Shown here: positions 53,726-64,000 of the stretch, one piece after another | Layout: every line of letters begins with the position of its first letter | Position numbering within the stretch: the first letter of the stretch is position 1 | Assembly: GCF_001194135.2 (NCBI RefSeq) | Contig: NC_068983.1 | Location: 22,446,329-22,510,328, forward strand | Length of the DNA: 64,000 bases | Direction of reading: 5' to 3' | Source: Octopus bimaculoides | Lineage: Eukaryota | The notes under the pieces: generated by a model | The model's input: the letters and a program-made list of their open reading frames with translations, nothing else | Told to the model about the DNA's origin: nothing | The model's database searches: none | Made by a program: the position numbers and the translations under genes

Positions 53726-54144
53726 GCCCCTATACACACACACACACAGAGCACATCAGCACCACTGCCAACTTCAAACCCTGTTCACCCACCCCGCCAT
53801 TTCTCTGGAGTGGCAATATAACAGTAATAGTAATAATGGTTGTCTGTCAGTCTGTCTTTTGTAGGATGATGATGATGATGATGATGGAATGGCATTGAAA
53901 TTACTGTCACTTACTAGATACTATGGTTAACAAAACAAAAAAAAAACTATTGTCAGAACTCTAAAACTGAGAGGACACGGACACACACACACACACACAA
54001 TATTCCCAGTCGCTCATCATGACTGCCCCCACCGACTCCCACCCCAATACACACTCTCCAAGACTCAAGCACTCAGTGGTAATCAAAACAAATTAAATAA
54101 ATAAATTAATGAGTGTAGAGGAAAGAACCCTTCAGTTTCCTTAC

Positions 54145-54362
54145 CGCCAGGGACAGTGGAGGGTGGTACATGGTTGATGAGATGACAATTATGATGCTGA
54201 TGATGATTATGATCATCATCATCACAATCACCATTACTAATAATATTTACATGACCGCTATCGTTATCATCATCATCATCATAATAATAATAATAATCAT
54301 CACCATCAATGAAGTCAATTTCACAAGCCAACAAGAGAGTCTCTATGTGTATACCTGACCTA
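54145..54362 (-). CDS. Candidate low-complexity exon (D/H/N-rich), unidentified
   Basis: Donor GCG|GTAAGG, acceptor ttttctag, open frame GIHIETLLLACEIDFIDGDD...VPPSTVPG; the acceptor lies in a family E repeat and the body is trinucleotide-rich. Confidence 0.2.
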
Positions 54363-55254
54363 CTAGAAAAAGCAGCTATATCGCTCACAAATCACACCTT
54401 CCTACAATCTTTAAAAAAAAAACGCATTGGATAAAGTGAGCCAAGATACATAGTCTAGAACCATGTGATGGTCATGGTTAGAAAGTCTTATGGTCACTGT
54501 TTACCTGTGTTTAACAATAACAAAGTCACTTTCAACCAATATCGTTCATTCTCTTGTGGCGTATGTAGGGGTTGGGGTGGGGGTATTGATTATTCCAAAG
54601 ACTATAAACTCTACATCCAAATATTCACCAGTGTGTTGTTTATTTACACACCTCAATGTTAAACCACATCACTGAAGAGACAACATCAGAGGATCTGCAT
54701 GGTTGGTCAACCTACAAGAAATATCAACCAGCTTCCTTCAAATACACCTTACAATTTGTAAAAGAAAAGAAAAATAAAAACACACTTTTGCATTCATATA
54801 TCATCAGCAGCATTTTATGTCCACTTTTCCATGCTGGCACAAGTTGTTCAGTGTGTCTGAAGCAATATTTTAAAAACCTAATGCCCATCTCATTATACAC
54901 AGGGATGCAGCATAATTTTTCTAAAACAAAAATCGGCAACCTTTCTTGAGAAGTGAGCCACATGAGATATGGTTTGTTATCAGGCAAGCTGCACTACTAA
55001 AAAAAAAAATCATGGTAATTTTTCATAAGGCATGTCATTCAGAAAGTCCCACAGGCTGTAGGTTGCCTATGACTATCCTAAAAGATGCTGTTGAGGCCAT
55101 CTATCTCAATGCTCTATCCTCAAGAAAATCCATCAATGTAACCAAATGAAACCCTTGATGATATTTTGTTCTCTTATATGAGACAATGCAGCTGCTATGC
55201 ACACACATTTCTGATGGCATCTAAAAAAAAAATTGGCTCTCTCTAATTAGTATT

Positions 55255-55520
55255 TCATTCATCATCATTTAACATCTGCTCTCCATGCTGGCATGGGTTA
55301 GACGGTTTGACTGAAACTAATGAGCTGGAGAGCTGCACCAGGTTCCAGCCTGATTTGGCATGGCTTCTACAGCTGGATGCCCTTCCTAATACCTACCACT
55401 CCAGGAGTGTAATGAGTGCTTTTACATGTCACCAGCACAGGTACCATTTTCATAATGCTGGCAACAACCACGACTACGATGCACGGGTGCCATTTACATG
55501 GCACCAGTAGCGACCGTGCA
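55255..55520 (-). mobile_element. Diverged family D tail
   Basis: catcatttaacatctgctctccatgctggcatgggtt...cagctggatgcccttcctaat. Confidence 0.75.
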
Positions 55521-56469
55521 ACTATAATATACTACCAAATATATTAAAGGCTTATATGTCAATACTGTGTTCCACTTGTGTTAGCAATGCATATACACCC
55601 ATTACCTAGTTTTTCTATCTTCAATCGCATTGTTTATACAGACATATTCATATACAAAATGTAACTACCGGTGCTGGCTCTAGTTCCTATAGAAAATGTG
55701 TAGAGATAACTTTAAGAAGACATCATTTTGATGTCCCCATTTCTTTGCTTGCATGGGGAGGATGGGATTTCTTGAAGTAGACTTTCAAAAAAAGATTGCC
55801 CTTCCTGTCACCAATCCTTACCTCTTTCCAATAGATAAATCCTTGTCAGAGTATTTCAGTGTAGTGAGAAATAAAAAGCTAATTAGAAATAATTATATGA
55901 AGCAAAGACAATATTAGTCAATGATTAATACTATAATTATTCCAGCAAATATGAAATAATTCTAGATATGTTTTGGTCTCATTGGTCTTCCTCAGTGAAG
56001 CATACTCTCCACATTTCTTGCTGAAATAACTAGAGAATCACTCTCAGAATAATTTAAAATATTTGTCATAAACCTGGATACACCAGGTTTGCTTTCCAAA
56101 AACCTTCACTATTACATGGTCCTCAAAAGAAAATTAAGACAAGCTGTAAGTGTACTCTAAAATGGACTGACTCCTTGAGCAACTATGCAAAGTACAAGAT
56201 TATCCGAATGCAAAATAATAATAAAAGAGCTTAAATGATCAAATACAGAATGTATCATGGCATTTGCTCATAGAACAAGCTTTCAAATCCATTGCAAATG
56301 TTTATTTTGTTGTTGGGAGTAGAATGAACACTTATTTCTATCATGTCTCACTTCTCATATTTGTTACAGCTAATCAGTAACAGAATTAATTATGCAAAGT
56401 GAAACATCTGATTACATTATTGCACTTGTACTAATTGAAGATTATCATAAATATTTGATTATATATCCT

Positions 56470-57163
56470 TTTAGATTCTCAGTTCAAATCCCATTAAGGG
56501 CAACTTTGCTTTTCATCTTTTTGGGGGTTAATAAAATAATACTAATATGTTGGCGCCACCCATAATCAACTATTGCTCTCTCTCTCTCCCAAATTCATCA
56601 CTGCCCTTGTGGCCAATAAAACATTATTAGTTTTATTCAAGCAGTGAATTGGTATTATTGCTGCAGCATCAGACAAAATGTTTTATGGCCCTCTACATTT
56701 CTAGTTCAAATTCAACCGAGTTTAACTTAGCCTTTCATCTCTCTGGAATCAATAAAGTACCAGTCAAATACTGGGATTGATACACTTGACTAACTTGCAT
56801 CATACTTTGTCCTTAAATGAGGAACAAAAAAAAAAAAAACAATTATCATCATTGTTGTTTCAAGCATAGTTCTCCTCCTTTCAAAGAGGAAGTGGATGAG
56901 CATTTGGCTGGATTAAATGTCATGCAGCATTTTGTTACATCTCTTTAAATTATGTGTTCAAATCCCACAGGCTGAGTGCCATTTTATCCTTCCAGGTTTG
57001 ATAAAATAGAGAATCAGTCAAGTACTATAGCTGAGCTAATTAACTCAGGCCTTCCCTGCAAGATAGAATGAGTCAATGTATTGTGTGCTGATATTAAAAA
57101 TCATCCTTGCTCTTTTTATTACTGAGTGCCTCGTTATCATTGATTGCTTCTTTGCTCGTGTGC

Positions 57164-57201
<38 letters not shown>

Positions 57202-58040
57202 CCAAACACATCCATGACAGTCCTCAAGCGTCACATTAATACCATGCTAGGGATTGGCTACACAAGCACTTTCTGTATTATATGGATACTGTGCAGTAAG
57301 CCAGTCTCCTGGATACTGTTTAATCTAGGAAACAAAAGATTTTCAGCACACATACATTGTGTGTTAATTTCATTCATCATCCACTGTCATTTAATGTCCA
57401 TTTTTCCATGCTTACATGGGTTGGACAGAATTTGCTGAGAGAGATTTTCTATGACCAGATGCCCTTCCTTGACAAGCATTTTATTTCATCAGCCCCAAAA
57501 GGATGGAAAATTAAATTGACCTCTATCAGATTTGAACTCCAAATATAAAGATCCAGAATATATACTGCAAGAATTTTTTTTTTTTTTTTCTGGTGCTTTA
57601 ACATTTCTGCCAATCCACCGTCAAAATAATAATGACGGCTTCTGATTTAGGCGCAAGGCCAGCAATTTTTAGGAGAGAAGTCTAGTCAATACCATTAACC
57701 CTAGCACTAGGCTGGTGCTTCATTTTATTGACTTTGAAAGGATGAAAGACAAAATTAACCTTGGTAGGATTTGAAGTCAAAATGTAAAGAGCTGACACAA
57801 ATATCACAAAACACTTCTATCAATGATCTAGCAATTCTACCAGCTCACTGCTTTAACCACCCTTACAACAAACATTGTTCATAATACAGGTACAAAGCCA
57901 CAAATTTACAGGGAGGGGTTAGTCAAACTGAGCACAATACTTTCAACTGGTACTTTGTTTTATCACCCCTGAAAGGACAAAAGGCAAAGTTAACCTCAGC
58001 AGGAAGTGAGCCCAGAATGTAAAGAACTAGTACTAAAAGC
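56470..58040. mobile_element. Cluster of about six old family B-like SINEs (three plus, then three minus)
   Basis: Degenerate gttcaaat...tttcatc(c/t)tt core near 56480, 56700 and 56950 (+) and near 57500, 57720 and 57960 (-). Confidence 0.65.
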
Positions 58041-59077
58041 ACAAAATAATTGATTACAAAATTAGTATTGTACACTAAAATTATTACTTTACACTTACTG
58101 CATGAAACAAGGTGGCTAGTAGAGGATTGTACCAAAGGAGTCAAAATTTAACTGCTGCAGTAAATATTTTGCAAGCAGTGCTTTCATAGAAAACAGCAAA
58201 TGTCAATTCTGTATTTTACTAATACACTAAGCTTCATATGTGATTAGAAAAGTACTCACATTCTGTTAAACTTGAAAGAAAAAAGTAACTTTGGGATAAG
58301 TTGAAACTTATAGCAAAAACAAAAAAGAAAAAAAAAAAGATTTGATGAACCACTAAGAATTCACAAAATAAACAAATCTGATAAAAATTCATGATAGGTG
58401 TAAATTTTTGTGCTTTCATCAAAGAAAGAAAATATATATATTAAAAAAAAAATTTACATTTTGTCTAGAGCAAAATCAACTGAAAAATAGCAACACCCAA
58501 ATTCTTTCATATATATATATATGCCTCTCCCCAGCATTTTACCATATCAACAGTGTAAAGATTTAAGGTCAGAATACTTATAATAGACAGCTATGGTTAA
58601 TACTGTCAACAGCTCTGATTTTCTAAAGTTTTATGTATTGTCAACACTGTTTTATTGCCCACTTTTCCTTGCTTGCATGGGTCAGATGGAATTTGTTGAA
58701 GCAGATTTTCTGTGGTTGGACGCCCTTCTTGTCACCAAACAAGGTATTTTCCTTCATGGTTAGACATGTTTCCACAAAAGATTGGAAATGGACACCACTA
58801 CAATGTATGTCGTACACACACACACATCGTCAGTAGTTCATATATCCCAAAAAAGAAGCACACTAGAGCAGTAATGTATATTTTTTAGAAAGTTGAAAGT
58901 TATGGCCAGTCACAGAGCAACCATTGGTTTTGCACCTATAAAGTCTGACAAGTTGCCTATACCACTAAGCGCTTTATAGGTGTGATACCAATGGTGACTC
59001 TATGACCGCCATGATTTTTAACTTCCTAAAAGCAAATAAATATATACACACGCATACACAAAGTGAACCTGAAGTTT

Positions 59078-59420
59078 CATCATCATCATCACTTTTTAAC
59101 GTTCGCTTTCCCTGCTAGCATGGGTTGGACGATTTGACTGAGGACTGGTGAAAACAGATGGCTACACCAGGCACCAATCTGATTTGGCAGAGTTTCTACA
59201 GCTGGATGCCCTTCCTAACGCCAACCACTCCGAGAGTGTAGTGGGTGCTTTTACTTGCCACCGGCACGAAGGCCAGTCAGGCAGTACTGGCAACGGCCAC
59301 GCTCAAAATGGTGTATTTTATGTGCCACCCGCACAAGAGCCAGTCCAGAGGCACTGGCAACGATCTCGCTCGAAAATCCTTACACATGTCACGGGCACAA
59401 GTGCCAGAAAGGCGACACTA
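59078..59420 (-). mobile_element. Family D RTE-type tail, extends furthest into the element
   Basis: Near-consensus; continues beyond ggcaacgatctcgctcg. Confidence 0.88.
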
Positions 59421-59535
59421 AAAAAACTGCCCGAGGAGCTATGCAGAGGAATCAACCCAAATCCATGTAGTTGGGAAGCAAATGTTTTTAACATATTCAC
59501 AAATAATATTTATAAGTAGGAGGAGAATGAATGAT

Positions 59536-59752
59536 TTAATCTTTTAGCATTCAGATAACTCTATCAAATGTTATACTTATTTATACACATTGTCTTGAAT
59601 TAATCACACACTATCTCATAGCTTCAATATTTCAGTTAATTTTTAAAATAACAGTGTAGGGTAGGTGTGAGAGGCCAGATCTGGCTGATAAGAACATAAA
59701 ACAGGTAGAATATTTAGGCAAGATATGGTCAGTTTAAATACTAAAGGTTTAA
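59536..59752 (+). mobile_element. piggyBac-like MITE (family F)
   Basis: ttaatcttttagcattc ... aatactaaaggtttaa. Confidence 0.8.
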
Positions 59753-60807
59753 ATAATGCTCAAGAGTATTTATGACCAACTGTCCTGCTAAGAGCTTCTT
59801 CATTACAAAATTTACATACACCAAACTCACCTAGACAAGATTTTATTCCTATGAGTATAATCACCTAAAAATATCACCATTGCTTCATGGCTGAGCTGCT
59901 AGTATCAAGAAGGGCATCCAACTGTTAAAAATACAAGCTACATTAATTCACTTGCTAATAATAAGCATTTAAGGGAAAAAAAATTTTTAATTTTAAAAAG
60001 CATTAATGCAAGCTGACTGTAAACTGGCTAAACAATAATTAGCTAGAGTAATTATGTTATTACTAGTGTTCAATTTGGAGACTTAAAAGGGTTAACTTAT
60101 CGATAAGATCCATTTAGTGTTGCAACATGTTGAAAATTAAACTAAATAATTACAATGACGTTAAGGTGATAATATTTGAAAACAAAAAACTGCAACTTCA
60201 AGTAGCAATAAAATAAACCAAAGTTAATTTCCTGCTCTCCTTATATATATATATATATACACACACATACATAGATGCATACATATACACACATACACAT
60301 ATAAACTCATCATCACTTTTTAACATCCACTTNNNNNNNNNNCTTTTTAACATCCACTTTTCGGGGGGGGGGGTGCAGGCATGGCTGAGTGGTTAAAAAG
60401 TTGTTTTTCCCCATACACATGGTTTCAGGTTCAGCCTCACTGTACGACATATTGCTAAGTGTGTTCTACTATATCTCTACTGTCCAAAGCCTTGTGAATA
60501 AATTTGAAACAGGAACTAAGTAAATATTGTGGATTTTGTAATAGGGGTGTGTGGATTTTTGCAGCTTGCCCCAGGCGCGGTTTACCCGATGAAACTGGTG
60601 TCACTGTCTCCTTGCCTTGACATCGTATGATAATTGTAAGCGAATGTTACAATCATGCAAATGGTGTCCGTTTCCCATCTTCCATGAAAACAGGTGTGGT
60701 CATAGAAAAACACTACCTTACTTGGAAACAGGTGAGTGTTAGCAACAGGGAAGGCATACAGCCGTACGAAATCCACCTCAACAAATTCCAGCCAACCCAT
60801 GTGAATA

Positions 60808-61036
60808 TCAACCCTTTAGTATTTAAATCAGCCATATCTGGCCCAAATATTCATCCCGTCTTATGTTCAAACCAGCTAGATCCAACCTCTTTCACCTACC
60901 CAATAATGTCATTCTAAAAAACTACTATCACATCGTTGAAATTTTTGAAGCTGCAAAATAATGCATGGTTAATTCAAAACAATGTAAATAAATAAGTATT
61001 ACATTTGACAGAGAATTTTGAATGTTAAAGGGTTAA
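60808..61036 (-). mobile_element. piggyBac-like MITE (family F)
   Basis: tcaaccctttagtattt ... aatgttaaagggttaa. Confidence 0.85.
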
Positions 61037-61617
61037 AATGCAGTATATATGCTTTGCACTTCTTGTTAAGTTTCTCTACTCAATCTGCAACTAAATTATA
61101 ATTCCCAGTTGGAATTAAAGCTTTTCAAGCATATGAATATCACAACTTCACATTTTTCCACTTCTCTAAACCAAAAGCAACATAACCTTTTCGACACCAA
61201 CCCACCTATGACAGCCCATGGTTCCATCATACAAATTTCCTGTTTTAAAGCGATCTAAATTAAAATCTTCCATCAAAATTCTGTATTAATTTTATGTTCT
61301 AAACCCCAGCTTAATAATAACACAGTTATTTTACTAAATGCTTCATTATTTTCAAAATTAATTGAAACAAAGGCAGTGGCATTTCAAAAGAAATACAATA
61401 ACAAAAGGGTTCAAAATTTTTTCTTTAAACATTTGTCATATGCTGGCCACTCGTAATTCTAGGCATTTATTTAAACAATGGTTTTATTAAAGCCACTTTA
61501 CTGAATCCAAAGTGGCTTAAGTGCCAGATACAAATCAGTATTTCTTATGGGAGAGAGAAGGGCTTTGATGACTGAAACTGGACACACTGACATCATCATC
61601 ATCATTATTATTATTAT

Positions 61618-61835
61618 TAAGGTGAAGAGCTGGCGGAAACGTTAGCACACTAGCACAATGCATAGCAGTATTTTACTCGTCTTCAAGTTCTGAGTTCAAA
61701 TTTCACTGTGGTCAATTTTGCCTTTCATCCTTTCATGGTCAATAAATTAAGTACCAGTAAAATACTGTGGTCGATGTAATTGACTAGTCCCATGCTCACA
61801 AATTTCAGGCTTTGTGCCTTCAATAGAAAGGATTA
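61618..61835 (+). mobile_element. Family B-type SINE with alternative short tail
   Basis: aaggtgaagagctggcggaaacgttagcac...tttgcctttcatcctttcatggtcaataaattaagtaccag...agaaaggattattatt. Confidence 0.8.
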
Positions 61836-62643
61836 TTATTATTACTAACTCTTTTGGTTAAGATGAGAAGGGTTCCAGTTGATCCAATCAATGGAACAGC
61901 CTGCTCGTGAAATTAATGTGCCAGTGGCTGAGCACAGCAATACACAGAATGTGACAAATACAACTCATTTTTTATCAGCTGACCGGACTGGAGCAACTTG
62001 AAATAAAGTGTCTTGCTCAAGGACACAACCAACCAGACCCAACATTATTTAATGTCCACTTTCACATGCTTGCAAGGGTTAGACCAAATCTGTTGAGGTA
62101 GATGTTCTACAGAGGGATGCCCTTTCTGACACCAACCTCCACCGGTTTTCAAGCAAGGAAATATTTCCCATAGCCAGACATCTTTCATGGAAGACAGAAC
62201 ACACATGTATGTTTACAACCATCACAATAGTTCAACAGAAAGACATGTACACACAACAGGCTTCCTCACAGTTTCTATCTACCAAATCCACTCATAAGAT
62301 CAGCCTGGGACTATATTAGAAGATGCATGCCCAAGGTGTCACACAGTGGGGCTTTATATGGATGCAAACTCTTCTGTCTTCTCATTGATAAAAGGGAGGA
62401 AGCAAAAAAATGTCAGGAAGGGGCTGGTATTCCTCAGTTAAAGAACCATAGCTCTAAAGAACACTACTGATGTCTACACCACACATCCCCTTAGCTTAGA
62501 TATGCTGTGCATTCTTACTGCAAAATTCAATTCAATAAAACTGGTGTACACTATGAGAAGGGAATTTGGGTCAGAGTCCTCCCCTTGTCAAAGGAAATGC
62601 AATATGTGTTAAAAGTTTGCAAGAACACTCTTAGCAAACTTAC

Positions 62644-62735
62644 CATTTCTTTCTTCTTTGACAAACAGAACACAAAACGCCAGCCATATTAGAATTCTCT
62701 TCCCATGGCAAATCAACTTGTTACATATCATGAAC
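62644..62735 (-). CDS. Candidate exon, unidentified (FMICNKLICHGKRILIWLAFCVLFVKEERN, or a start MAGVLCSVCQRRKKW)
   Basis: Acceptor ttttttttaag and consensus donor ATG|GTAAGT; 92 nt outside recognised repeats. Confidence 0.3.
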
Positions 62736-63546
62736 CTTAAAAAAAAACTGATTCATTGTTTTACACATATTGCCAGCACGTTAAGTTAATGACTACATCA
62801 GTAACAGTACCAGATTCTTGAAATTAATTTTACTTCATTTGTCAAACGAAAGAAACAGACACTTCTAGATTATAACACCTTTAACTCTTCAGCAACAAAA
62901 TTAAATTTCATGATTATTTCAGTAATGATGTTAAATATCTACCAAAAAATAGAATTAGTATATTCTGCAAGTCATGCTGCCTCAATGCATTTGACATATC
63001 TCAAACAAAAAAATAGTTTCAAACATGACATTCCTCAACAAAAGACAGATTGGTATATAAAACTGCTTTCTGCAGTTAAGCATAATGAAATGTTGAACAG
63101 ATATATCTGATTTCCAAAGTAAAAGATTAAGAGTTTTAATCCCCTTTTGTGATAACATTTTTAACAAGAAAATAACTAAGTTTGTAATTCAATCAATTTT
63201 TCAAAATACTTAAGACTTTAGAGGGTTTAGTATAATACCTAACATTTTATTAATCAGTTTCATGTTTTGAATATAAACTTATCACTTTACAGCCAATTTT
63301 TTATGCCAGCATGGATTGGATGGATCTTGTCCATCACTGTATCTTACACATATAAGAAAAATCAAACTAACATTGTTGCTGTGTATGTTTTACAATGCAC
63401 ACCAGATGCATTTTCTTTCTCAGAATATTTTAAATGAATGACACTACTTGTATGACAGCGACACTCATTCACAACTACCATACTATGTCAAGACAAGGAG
63501 ATATAAAACACACACACAAAATATACAACAGTCTTCTTTCAGATTC

Positions 63547-63707
63547 TTATTTCTTTACTGCCCACAAGGGGCTAAACACAGAGGGGACAAACAAGGAGAG
63601 ACAAACGGATTAAGTCAATTATATCAACTCCAGTGCGTAACTGGTACTTAATTTATTGATCCCGAAAGGATGAAAGGCAAAGTTGACCGCAGCAGAATTT
63701 GAACTCT
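63547..63707 (-). mobile_element. Family B SINE truncated by the RTE insertion
   Basis: Reverse-complement B tail and core end at gaatttgaactc, where the LINE begins. Confidence 0.88.
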
Positions 63708-64000
63708 GAATGGGAGAAAGAGAGCCTGCCGTATGTCGACCCAATAGAGGGACCAGCTATCCGAATTGATAGTACCAGGGTAGATAAAGCAATTAAGAGT
63801 ATGAAGACCGGGAAAGCCCCCGGCCCATCAGGAATCACTGCAGAGATGCTCAAAATATCTGGCAGTGTTGGCTATAGCCTAGTCACCCGTATTACGAACC
63901 AGGTGATACACGAAGGAGTCATACCCAATGACTGGTGTAGCAGCATCATAGTCAACTGCTACAAAGGTAAAGGTGACGCTTTAGATACAAATAATTACAG
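63708..64000 (+). mobile_element. 5'-truncated RTE-clade LINE, reverse-transcriptase N-terminal region (runs off window)
   Basis: Stop-free EWEKESLPYVDPIEGPAIRIDSTRVDKAIKSMKTGKAPGPSGITAEMLK...IPNDWCSSIIVNCYKGKGDALDTNNYR; KAPGPxG, IPxDW and YKGKGD...NYR are RTE hallmarks. Confidence 0.93.

Noticed and set aside
53755-53772. REST/RE1-like TCAGCACCAC half-sites (also near 52897)
   Set aside because: Right half does not match, and REST-type regulation is not established in molluscs to my knowledge

Overview
AT-rich, microsatellite-dense eukaryotic genomic DNA from a gapped draft assembly (nine N gaps). The SINE repertoire points to an octopus genome (inference, moderate-high confidence). Most recognisable sequence is transposon-derived. 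It includes several tRNA-headed SINE families (my labels A, B, C, H) and RTE-type 3' tails ending in (GAT)n (labels D, I). It also holds TTAA-flanked piggyBac-like MITEs, one hAT MITE with a perfect 8-bp TSD, a decayed REX3/Expander-like RTE 3' end, a decayed three-C2H2-finger remnant, and an open RTE reverse-transcriptase ORF running off the right edge. I recognised no host protein-coding gene. The supplied ORF track is almost entirely microsatellite or repeat noise. A few low-confidence candidate exons exist, mostly on the minus strand, so the window may be largely intronic. The best second-look items are a candidate RFX X-box cluster near 53.1-53.7 kb, several inverted-repeat structures that could be ADAR substrates, modular SINE tail swapping, and degenerate hammerhead-like cores. 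I found no convincing wholly novel system. Family labels are mine, and repeat boundaries are approximate unless a TSD is given.
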